Shown: positions 24,176 to 36,800 of the stretch, one piece after another
How the letters are laid out: the number at the start of each line of letters is the position of its first letter
How positions within the stretch are numbered: the first letter of the stretch is position 1
Origin: Phoronis australis
Lineage: Eukaryota > Animalia > Phoronida
Length of the DNA stretch: 64,000 nt
Reading direction: 5' to 3'
Assembly: GCA_002633005.1 (NCBI GenBank)
Contig: NMRA01000190.1
Span: 186,001-250,000 of the forward strand
Program-made: the position numbers and the translations under genes
Notes under the pieces: generated by a model
Databases searched by the model: none
What the model saw: only the letters and a program-made list of their open reading frames with translations
Told to the model about the DNA's origin: nothing

Positions 24176-27100
24176 TAAAAATAGTTTATATTTTACCATT
24201 AGGTAGCGGTGTGATTTTTAATAAAGGTTATTTCACTGTTGTGTTGATCTAGTTTACTCGTTTGTGACGTTTAATGTGATCAACAGTATGTGTCTCTTAA
24301 AATGCCCGAGACAATATTTTTTACCAGCAATGACATATAACGTATATGAATTTTAAATTTCGACATTGTCATTTTTCATCAAACTCTTTAGCAAGTCAAC
24401 AGAAAATCTGTAACTTAAAACGCGGGCACTTTTTACATTTGTAAGGAACACCTATATACATGAATTTGAAAACGTCAAAATCAAATTGCCAAGCCAAAGT
24501 GCTCACGAAACCTATTTTTGAAGCTCCCAGACCGTGGCAATTTCTTATGAACGGCAGATGACGCCTCAGTTCTTTTTGTAGAATTGGTAGTAAACAGCTG
24601 CCACCATGGTACGGAGATCTTCGAGACAAATTTGTGAATTAATTTCGTGATAATTTGAATTCATTCTGTGAGTGTAGATTTCTGTCTTGGGCCTTCGGGA
24701 CCCAATTAGTGCGTTTTATTGCAACCGATATTTCAATTCAAACAAAACATAAGGACGCGATGAAGTTCTATTGGGAGAGCACATCCTATACGCCAGTGAA
24801 GAAAGTTGCTTATAGTCATTTGAATTTTACAGAACATATTTCGACAAACAAACCCCCTCTCTAATCCACGAGTGTGAACTATTGAGCCAGTGTTGAATTC
24901 GAAAGTGCTGGCGTTTAACTTAAAAATGTGGTTCGCATGTTCTTTACTGTTATGTGTAATGTGTTATTTTTCTTATTGTCACTGCTTGAGCCTTGAGCGA
25001 GGCCAGCAGCGTCACTGATCGAGCTAACTTACAGGACATTACCACAATGTCTTCCTGCTTTACTGAGTAAATTTGAAATAAAAATAAAATCACGCGCCAC
25101 CTTGTTGAGTTTGACCGGCTACAGGGTTTTTGTTTCTGGGTTGATTACGATAAAGTTGTCAAATTCTAAAAAAATCCGTAAGTTGTTATCATGCATTTCT
25201 TCGTTTTCTGCTGAAGCCGACTTCCGCATTTTACTTGAAGGTCACAAATTTTCCAGTCCTGTGGGGACGATGCACATTCTGCGGACATTATATCACAATG
25301 TACTTAAAAGAAATCTAACAATTGATGCCACGAGTTATCACTGGGGTTAAGTGAGCTTATCGCCTAACCGCACGCGTAAGCATTGTTAATGTGATAGTTC
25401 TTGTAGAAGTATTTTTTCTGTTTACTTTGTGTCCAATCTCAGTCTAAACAAGGAAGTTATGAAATCGTCTTGATTCAATACTAGCTCGAAATTTTAAAAA
25501 CCGATGCAATTTACATAAGAATTGAAGTTTTTCCGATGGGGGAACAAGAAAATGCGAACGCATCCCCCAGGTCTTTCATCCCCTTCCCTGTCACCATCTC
25601 GACGTCAATCCCCCTTCCCCCCATCGACAACAATCACCACCGCGGTATTTTATTATCAAAATTATATTTGGCTTCACTGATTTTCTCTGGTCGTTTACGT
25701 ATGTGTGCGGTAACTTCTCTGTCTGTCCTCTCTGCTCGCGCCTGTGATTTTACTGATCCACGTTTGGGTCATAGTCCACTTTTGTCTCAGTTGTCTACAA
25801 AACTATAATTTTATGCCAGTTTGTTAAAGTATGCAGTCCGAAGGGTAGCTCGCTCAATTTTGTATGATTTGAAAAAGAAAAGGATTCAGTTGGCAAAGAA
25901 ATATAAGTCAGGGTGAAGTTTTCACAGAATACACCCAGAACTTGGGTCCCACAATCCTGTTAACTCTCCACAAGGGTGGGTCTTCATTGACTGGGTACAC
26001 AACGGGCAATTCCAGAAACAAATCGTAGAATATCGCCATGACTGATCCAGGAAGAGGACCATATAGCGGTGCATAGCGTTATACTGAGTTAGTTCGTCCC
26101 CACTTTTTCTTTAAGCTCGCTCGTTTACCCCTTGCCAAGAAACGAAAAAGAATATGCAAATATTTTGTGACAAAATTAAGGTAACACAAAACTAACTGAC
26201 AAGGAATTTTTGAACACATATGATGTAGTTGAATGCTTTAACCTAGTGGAAAATATATCGTTAAAACTCTGAAACACAATGGTGTGAAAACAGTTGACGA
26301 TTTTGGAAGCATTCATCTGGTTGCTCACTATTGGTTTTTATTAGTCTCGAAAAATCTCCACTTACCAATTTTAATCATGCCTTGGTAATCGCTCAGTCAA
26401 TTATATACCGTTAGTTAAATGCAGTATCAAATAAGACTAACTATTTTAGTTGATTAGGATTGGATCAAAGCTAATCCAAATGTGTCCACTGTTGCGAGGG
26501 CACAGATTATAATTATTTTCTTTTTGCATATTTATTTGATACTGGGGCTTGTTTCTCGAAGAGTCTTTTGTCTTTTGACTTTCGTATAAAAACAGTCTAC
26601 GGATGGCTATGCCTGTTTCACAAAAAAAACAGATTACTGAAATCTGAAACTCTTCTCAAGTCTCGAGCCGTAATTGACCAATCACATCACTTGAAATAGA
26701 TAAAAATGATACTCGAAGCAACGGACAATCGCCATGCAATTCGTCAACTTTTAGTCGAGTCTCAAGTAAAATTTGGTGTTCACGGGTCCAGATGGCGAGA
26801 TGGGTCGATTTGCTTACTGATCATTTCCAGAATAATTGGGCGAGTTTGTTGTTGTTGTTTTTTCTCTGTGCGTTGTTCAAAAATCATAGTTATCTAAACT
26901 GTTGGAATTTGGGTTACAAATTACGTTGTACACGCAGGCTTAGTTTGTGGATAAACATTAGTGTCCTTGATTGATAGGGTTACAACGGTCCACAAAACAA
27001 TACAGTGCACAGTAATAGAATACGACGTACTGCGAAAGACATACATTCAGACAGATAAGACTATGGTAGAAGTAAAACATATAATTAAGACGGCCAAGCG

Positions 27101-27790
27101 ATGGACGGCGATAGGCATGAAAAAAAAAGTTTATTTCCATCGTGGTCAGCCCTACACATGAAGTCTACTTTGATTAGCAAACAATAAATAGATGCATAAA
27201 CATAAACAAATATACGAATGAATAACTGCATAAATAAAACATGAATAATTGATAATGATATAAGCCAAATTTGCACATTTTTTGGTAATTTATTAGGTAC
27301 TTTGTTCCATTGTTTGACATCCGGCGAGTAATAAAAGGACAGCTTGCCAAAAGGCTTGCTCGTTTAGCAGACTTTCTGAGAAATTTCAAATTTTGCTAGA
27401 AATATTTGAAGGTTATCAAGCGTTACAGAGCAATCTTTTGTTTCAGAGGACTAGATGGGAGCGTCTTGTTATATGTCTGCAATAGATCTAAATCGGGTTT
27501 GGTGTCCATTTAAGGAAAAAAAACGATTATATTTTAACATCGTGGTAGTTTTCTTTTAGTCAGGTAAAAGGCGTCACCTCTGATGACGCTTTTAGTGTAG
27601 GAATTTTTATGAGGATCAAAAGCAAAGATTAACGCGGGCACAAATCGCCGTGGCTTCGGGCCGAATTAAACCAAGGAGTGTACTACATTCAAATATATTA
27701 TAGTTACATAGTATCTTTGGTACTACGCTCCTTGGTTGAACCGAGTCGTCATTAGTTATATCTTGTGTCAACTAATGTCGCTACAATGCA

Positions 27791-27799
27791 ACCGGAAGT
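27791..27799 (+). promoter_or_regulatory. ETS motif in the proximal TTC17 promoter/5'UTR
   Basis: ACCGGAAGT ~60 nt upstream of the start codon, typical of housekeeping promoters. Confidence 0.45.
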
Positions 27800-27852
27800 T
27801 GATCGATAGCAGCCGATTTTACCGGATCTTACCGAAGGCATACGATTGAACA

Positions 27853-30800
27853 ATGGCAGCCATGCTTGTTGTTGTTTGCCACTGCTTGTTATTTTTTTCA
27901 AAAATCCAAGTTTCTTCATCGGCAACACATTGGATTGTGACAGAAGATGGAAGATTACAAGCTCAGGTGTACATTTAGTCTGTAAAGGCATACTGTTTTC
28001 TTCATTTATTCATTGAAAAGCACCGTTAAACACTGATATTACGTGTCACTCATCCGTTCGCCCTTGGCACTTGCTCTGTTGCTTTTTGCTCGCCTTGTGA
28101 ATGTGATTGTAACTGAAGCTAAGCTATCGTAACCGGTGGATCCTGGTCTTGACAACCAGTCCCGTACTTGAAAAATCTCTGGAAAGCTAATGCAGTTTAG
28201 CTGTAAATCATTTATGGTGATTGGTTTACAGAATTGTTAGATGAGTGCAGGAGAACAATGCACACCTTTTATCAGCGGTTGGTCTATAATAAATAGAAAG
28301 TACGGGTATATAAGGGCGTAGGCAATTACATCACCCTGAATGCCGCAGGCATACAGTCCCATAAAAAGTTACTAATTTCAAAATACAGCAAATAAAATCG
28401 AATGAATCATGCAAATATTATATATGCACATGGAGTTATAATTAACACATAGTCGCGGTTGTCTCGAGTTTCTCTTTCCGGGTGCCAGTTTGAGGAAGTT
28501 ACGTGAAATGACACCTAGTGTTGATGAACTAAAAGTGATGCGGAGCACAATGTCTCAGTGAAATGTGGTTATGTGATCTCAGTGTATGAAGAGTTTTGTA
28601 TCATTTTAGCTTATTTTAATCACCAGGCAAAATTGCTGTAGGAAGAGAACATGGCAGAACAAGGCTTCACTCTACTACTCTCCGGATGTAGGCGCATAAC
28701 AAATTAAAAAAGAATTGGACCTGTTTAGACTTGAGTACCTAATTTGTATAATGAAAGTTCCTTTGATATTGTGTATTACATTCTTGCTCACCGTACTAAA
28801 TCGATTTATTCATTCATTCCATGCTAATGACTACTGAGATAAATAGACTGGTTAAGTAAACTATTGATTGTTTTGAGCAATATTATTCACATTGATCATA
28901 TTAAATAAAGTTAAATTTTGAAACCGAAAAGGTTGTCGGTGTACATTTGTTTTGTGTATTTCTCATGGACTTGGTTCACCATCAGGTGTGCACTCTCTCG
29001 TTGTGGAATAAATCAACATGGGGGGGGGCTTCCCTAATATTCGGGGGTGGGTGGGTGAGAATTCCCTATCAGGTCTGAATACACCGCAGGTATATCAATT
29101 CCAGGATCTTTATCAAACTGGGTCTGTGGACTTGAATCTCAATTGCTTCCTACACTTCCACTTATCTGGATGTAAACTTAATACACTGGAATCCTCATCA
29201 GAGACCTGGTGAAGTAGATCCCTGGCATATTGTGTAGAGACTAGCACTTGCTCTACTGCTGGTCATGGTTTGTTAACATCTAGAATCTGACAACCATGGT
29301 GTGTTGACAACTAGATACTGGCGACCATGATGTGTTGACATCTAGATACTGACCACCGTGGCATGTTGGCATCTGGATACTGACCACCGTGGCATGTTGA
29401 CATCCCGATACCGACGACCATGACGTGTTCACATCCGGATACTGACGACCGTGATATGTCAACATTTTGTCGCTGATGACCCTGGTATAGTTGATTTCTC
29501 TATCAGCTGTGGCTTAATAGACACATTTGTTTCTCTGTTGTTTAGATGGACTCCATATTTAGCATGCGCCGTCCATATGATCTGGTAGCCCTTCTCAAGC
29601 AAGAGGAGAGAGCATCCATGTTGGATTCACTGAAGCAGGAACTTCTGTCGCGGAAAGAAGACATTGACAAGAATGAAGACAAAGATACAGGTATGCTAAG
29701 TGCAATGTTAATGATTTGAAATTCATGGATCATAAACAGCATAAATTGCTGACCCTCATCAGCATTGGTTGTCCAACACTGTGTCTTGTTTTTGGAGTTG
29801 AGACTTTAGGAATATGTCCTCATCTGTCTGAGTCAAGGCTCGCATTTCATCAAATATCCACCCGCTAGTGACTTTCCAATCCATCCACCCATGACTTTCC
29901 AAACATCTACTTTGATCTGTGACTTTCCCTGTGTTTCCCTTGGGTTTCGAAAGGAGCGTGCTGATGAATGGTCCCAGCGAGTATGGAAAATGGGATCCCT
30001 CCATTGCTTGGGCTTTGGAAGGAACGTGATAGTGAATGGTTAAGTGGATGTAGAGCACGGCGCTGCAATAAAGAGTCATTGTGTGATCTCAGTCCAGAGA
30101 CCTCAATCCCTCAATTTTGGGACTGAATATCGGCCCCATTCCCCTGTGAAAAATATTTAAAAATCATGCAAAATTCCCGTCAGGCCCAAAAATTCCCCTC
30201 AAGTGATCAAAAAGTTCATCTCAAGGTACGACTCACTTATTACTCACACAGGCGACGATTTGAAGCTGCGCAAATGTTATGTTTTGGCTATTGGAGGCCG
30301 AGCCTGTGCGGGCTAGCGAAAGGGGTGGGGTGCTTTTGATGCAGACTCGAGCCAGCAGAGTTTTCCCCTCACACAAAAGTACCCCTCTCAGCCGTTCACA
30401 GGCACTTTTTCCTTCAGGTGAACAAGTGCCCTGTCAGTGTATGAAGAGTTTGGTATCATTTTAACAAATTTCAATCACTAATTTATGTTTTGTTAGTAAG
30501 CGGACACTTCAGGACAGGGCTTCAGACTACTCATTAAAATTGAGTTCTCCGGCTCTAGGCACGTACATACAACAAAAAAAAAATTTGAACCTGTTTAGAC
30601 CTGATTGACTAACTTTTACAATGAAACTTCCGTTAATATCGTTTACTATATTCTTGCTCAGTGTAAATCAGTTGGATAAGTGTTAGCTGGCATTCCATGC
30701 AGATAACTACTGAGATACCTAGACTGGTCTGTGGTTCATTAAACTGTTAACTATTCCATGCAATATAATTCCCATTGTTGCACAACCTCTTTTGTAAACA

Positions 30801-33800
30801 TGAACACAACAAAATGAATAAACTTAATGGTTTCTCCACTCATTTCATCAGTGTTCACTTGTGCTTTGGCATTTAAGAAAACTAATGTCATGGTGGTTGC
30901 CTTGTCCTTGGCTATATTCAGTTGCTGTGCATTGTCAGATAATCAGGTAGTACCAAATGTCAGTCATACCACAAAGCGAACACGACGAAGGAAGGGGATC
31001 TTAAAGGAGCATGGTCAGCATCCTAGATTTTTACAAGTACGGGAAACACTGCTTTCCAATTGTCTGTCTACCTGTGACTTTCCAAACGTCTGCCCACCTG
31101 TGACTTTCCAAACGTCTGCCCACCTGTGACTTTCCAAATGTCCACCCATCTGTGACTTTCCAAACGTCTTTCAACCTTTGACTTTCCAAACGTCCACCTA
31201 CTCGCAACTTTCCAAACGTCTACCCACCTATGACTTTCCAAACCTCCACCCACCTGTGACTTTCGTAATGTTTGGTTGTACGACTGATGAGGCAAGACAC
31301 CAATTATTATGAGCTAAAAACAGTATACGACGTTTGTTAAGTTGCTCAACATCTTGCCATACATTATGAGCAGCATAATTTTTGCAACTCTTGTCGAGTT
31401 GTAAACAAAATTGTCTGGCACCGCATCACTGAGTAACGTCTACATGCTTCAGTGCATCTGTGATATCTTTGTTCTGGGTCCGAACGTCACATCAAGACAA
31501 AAAATTACTGTGAGGTGTACCCGATCGTCTTATGCTGGTGTACGAAATTGCCTCTCAAATTTCTATGTTCTCAATGCTTTGTGATTACCTGCGTAAATTT
31601 CCGCAGACAGGTATGGTGAAACAGGTGCAGTTGGAAACCAACTAGATTAGCGACAGCTGTATATATTCAGTTTTAGTGCATTAAAGAAATTGATAGAGAT
31701 TGTCTAGACTATTGAGTATTACATTTACAGTTTTACACCCATCTTCAGACTGCTTTTATACAACCCATTACCAACCTTACCTCTTTGTAAGTGGAAACAG
31801 AGGAGCGCTGTTACTTTTGTTTGTAATTGAAAATTTTTTACATTTTTAGATGTAATTAGTTATATTTGTCTTTTTACATTGCTGCCTTCTGTACTTCCTC
31901 ATTGCTTCAGTGGCATTGCCTAATTTAGCTGTTTCTATGGCTACTAATTAAATATTTAAATGGCTACAAACATATAGGTCATCAAGTCCCCCCAGTACAT
32001 TTGTACAAAGCTTCATAGTTCTTCTTTGTGTCATTACAATACCGTTGTTGTCATTATTGATCTTACAAACTGTTCTCATAGTTAAGTAAATACAGCGACT
32101 AGTTATATATAGTAGGACTTGAACTTAATTTTAACTAGCTAAATGAAGAAACTGATCAATATCAGTTTTTTGTTCTCATGGAAAATAAATAACATTGGGT
32201 CTGCTTCGTGAAAAATGAGTTGAACTGCAAGTCAGAACGTTGGTCTTGTGCTCCGTGTAACTGCCTCCAAAATGATTCAATCTCACTTCAGCAGGATGCG
32301 AAGTCTAGCAAAGAGACGAAGTTCATGACTTCAGCCTTTTGAGTTGACTTAAAAGTCACTTTTCTTGAAATGGGAGCCCTGTTCTTGCTTGATAAATCCG
32401 TTGTTTCGTAATGAATGATCCATCATGCAAAATCTGCCGACCAGTCACCGAGTTGATAAGTTCCCCACCCACACGATCACGCGACGCAGACTATTTGTCT
32501 GAAATTGCTGAGATTTTACCGTAATATTTGACAACACTTTCTGACGATATCTTAACGAGGCTGTTGAGTTATGGGTATTTGTTGTTTAACCTTTTCACAC
32601 ACTGAGGAGCGCTTCTAACTATTTGCAGCCTTGAAAATTGTGGGGTTGCTGCTTGTACCCATTCTGTGGCAATAATTTTCCTTTTCGTGTTTTTGCAAAA
32701 CTAAACTCTTTGTTGCCACATTGCTTATTAGCCGATAATGGTTAAGGGTATTCACAAGGCTGTCCAGTCGAAACATCGTGCTGTAATTTGTCAGCACAAG
32801 ACAAGATTGTGGTCTTCTTATGGCCCAACCTCGACTTGTGGATGTTTTGGGAAGTTGCGGTCAGTATGAATGGTTAACTTCGGTCCTGGATCGAAGTTAA
32901 GATCACCAGTTAACTTTGCAGTAAACAAGTGGATTAACAGTGGAGTGTCGAAGCTGTGTGCAATATGAACAGCCAAATTCGGCTTCGTTGAAGTTATCCT
33001 GATCACCAGGGTCTACTGTTATCGTCAAAAACTAAAGGGCAGTTGCTTATATGTTGCTCAAATAATAACCAGTCGAGTTAGAAATAAGTTATATAATTGT
33101 TGTCAAATTGTCACATTAAAAAAATCTTAGCATGCAGGCGATGCATCAGCACTACTTTGCAATTAATGCGATGACGACAGTCACATACTATTTACTTTGA
33201 TGTCCCTTTACTACTGAAGCTTGTATGAACAATTCAGATTTTTTCAAAGTTTACATTGGGGCTCTGCTCAGACCTTTAAGCAGTCCTGGGAAAATAGGAT
33301 GAATACTCAAGCACATGCTTTGATCATTGTGGTTAGTCATCAGCTTTTGATTAGTGGCCTTTTGTTATGTCTATAATACCTGAATGAGAGAGAGAGAGAC
33401 CTCCCATTGTTCTCTGTGGCAATATTGATCAGGTTGGATGCTATCTACCTAGTGTGCCTCTGAGTGCCTAGCTACTATAGGTTGCTTTCAAAAGGGCCTT
33501 TCAGAATGAGTGCAATGTTCCTCAGATTTTTGACCCCCTTTCTTAAGCTACACTGTCTGTCTTTGTGCCAGGAAGGCCGATGGGCTAAATATTACACAGC
33601 TCCAAATTACTTTTCTATGTTCAAGTTCTGTACTACAGTTATGAAGGAGAAGAAATGTGAGCATTCACTACAATCTACAAAGTGGTTGGGAAATGAAAAA
33701 AGAGGCACTTTTGGCAATGGTGGGATGTTAGGGTACCAAGTTTACTGGTTATTCTATGATTTCTGTGTGCTGTCCACCAAGTTCACTGGTTATTCTGCGA

Positions 33801-36800
33801 TTGGTATGTGCTGTCCACCAAGTTCCTGATTGGGCCGAGATGATAAAAACTCTTTGGAGTTGGATGACATTTCTCTAACACCTGCACTTTGATAAACATT
33901 AAAAACTGACAAAACATTTCAAAATGTCAATTCAAGTTGGTTGTAGCCATCTGTAGGACAGTGAGAGCTCGTCTGAGCCAGCCAACACTGGGACTAAATT
34001 CTCCTAAAGTTACGAACATGGCTGACGGAAGCTATCATTAGTATAGTGCTCAGCACTCGTTGGTGATATGTGATTCTGCTCATAAAAGTAGCCAGTGTCG
34101 TACAAGGTGGTTTGATCATTGATGCTTGAAAAGTTAGACATCCTGATACTTACACATTTGAAACACTTTCCCTTCCTGCCAGCATGTTTATCTTTACAAT
34201 TCAGTATGTAATTGGAGTGCGATAGATCAAAAAGAATCACAGTTCTTGGAAATGTTGGCTGAAAAATATGTTTCGTTTTTGTTAGTGCCCAGGTTTTAGT
34301 TGCCGTATCCATTAAATATAGCAACAGCTTTGAATTAGAAGTTCCTCTAATAATTGTTTAAACAAAAAAATTCACCATTTCTTGTATAAGTGACTGTATT
34401 AGAAATCCACTAGCAGAAGAAAACTTCCCTGATGTAGGCTTGGTTTGAATAAACACCAATACTGTAATGAATGAACGAATGATTTACTTATCATTGTGAT
34501 AGTGATATGTATTAAACAGGTTGAATAATTTATATAATAAAAAACCTGCAGCCTTTTGTACTTAAGTGTCTGTTGTCAATTAAACAAATGAACATTGTTT
34601 GCATTTTAGCAATGCATTTCGCATAAAACAGAAAACTCTGAACAGATTAACCATTGAATTTATACTTTATCTACAGCAGAAAAATTTTAAAATTTGTCAA
34701 ATAAATTGTTGGCTTCATTATATAATGTTCTTTTGACATTGTTATACAGAGTGTAATGACACTTGAGAAGTTCACACTGTACAACACTGAGATTACATAA
34801 CAGGTGTGGCTACCAAGTTCTATCTCTACCCAATGTGAACTGACAAAATGAAGGACCCTTGACATGTGATAAACAACACTATTATCGTCAATCAAGTTTC
34901 ATTTTTAAAATATCGTCTACAAGTTATCAATTTTGGTTTTGACGAAATACTATCACTCCAATCTTGTTGAAAAGTATTGAACAAAATTAAAGTCACAGAT
35001 TCTGTATTACAAAAGGACTTGGAGGCAAATACATTATTCCTGTTACATTGAAAATAAACTGCAGTTATGCTGACCAGTTTTACTACATGGACTGAAATCA
35101 TAATCAAAAATGTTTTTTAGAGATGAGCTGGTTATCCAAACCGGTATGTCTAGTCCGTCTCAAATCACACAAAAAATTACCAAACCATGTACGAAGCCAT
35201 CTGGAATCCCCTTGTGTTCAAAAATAGGCATGAAATGGTGAACCCCTAAAAACATCTTATGGCTGAGTTCGTATCTTCACACAGCTCGCTAAATCCCCAA
35301 ATGCCAGCCCCATACTCTATAACAGGAAGAAGTCCTGCTCTGTACCTTGTGTTGAAAATACTACAGTCAACATTCATCAAAGATTTGAACTTAGAAATGA
35401 GATAACCACTTCATTTTAAGTCATTGTGGTAACTGGGTTCTGTCTTGTATTGTCACGTAGTTGTAGGTGGTGCACCCCTGCAAGTTGGATATTGTGTTGC
35501 ATAAAATGTAGATTGTTACATGGAGAAATGAGGAGACAGCGTGGCTTAGAAGTTTGAGCTCCAAACTCCCATTTGGGAGACCCTGAGTTCAAATCCTGGC
35601 TTCACTGGCTGACAATCCAGCATTGCAAAAAGGTGTCTCCTGCTGCTTTGCATTCCTTCTTAGTAGTAAAAGTATGGAAGAGAGTGAATACGAACCTGGA
35701 TATCATGCAAAAGCGATTTCTGGGTGTTGTGCTCATATGTTTTTATCAAATGGAGAAGTCGTTATTTCCTGTGATCTCAAACCCTCGTGGATTTTGGAGA
35801 ATTATCGCTCGAGGGCTCAAGATAAGGGATAACAACTGAAAACGTGTAATAATTTATTTATACCTCACACTGAACAGTAAACATTGCAATGAATCAATCT
35901 ACCTTTCTGGACTTGTCTCAGCATTGGAGCTACTTTCTGTGTCAGAGGCCCGGGGTCGGAAGTCGTGGCCTTTTTAGAAAAGCTGAGTTATTCTTGTTAA
36001 AGTATTGTTTTTACTCAAAACCAATTGAAAATTTAAACAAATTAGAAATAAAGTGAATCTATAAAATAAAGTTTAAGGAAGTAGGCTAGCTTACTACACA
36101 TATTTCATGCTAAGCTTCCACCGTGAAAACATGGTCTGATAAAGTAGGTTACCATGGCTTACTTAAATTATAATGTCCAAGTCAAAGATTCCTGACAACA
36201 TGTTACCCACATTTAAACTGACGATTGATGATTTACAAGTGAGAGAAAGTGACAGATATGGTGAAAAGTAAATTAAAGATGCCATTGTTATTGAAATTGT
36301 ACGTCTTATTTTTCACAGCGTAATAAATGTTGGTACATTGCGGTTTGTTAAACATGCGATTATTGCACGTCCTCATTTAAGCTGCTGAATAGCTGAGTAG
36401 TTAGGCGTTGGCTGTCGTTCATGAAACTTGTGTGAAGCGTGTTCGAATCCGGCCTCGGGTTTCTGCCAATATGTTAATCAACACGCGTTGATTTACAAAA
36501 TGGGTTAATCAAAGGTTGCAATGGCCATGTCAAGCTGATTATGTGGTACAACTGATGTTATACCACAATATTAGACTCGAATGGCAAATACAACCATGTA
36601 ATAACTCATTTAGTTATCTCACTAGTGAGATAACATTTTGGCGGTAAACCGAGGCCGGTGTCAAACCCAGGCCTAAGAGTTTAGGGTCGCCGACTTTTAC
36701 CACTACACCACTCAGCGGCTGATGTCAAGTGTGAAAATGGAATACTTAAATGAGCACGCGCAATAATACCATGTTCAACAAAGGGCATTGTACTGACATT

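Noticed and set aside
26706-27161. Short ORFs upstream of TTC17, one with a hydrophobic stretch (26792-26974)
   Set aside because: No recognisable homology or splice partner; the real TTC17 first exon is at 27853.
36384-36719. Functional tRNA genes
   Set aside because: Anticodon and D stems do not pair properly; kept only as tRNA-derived sequence.
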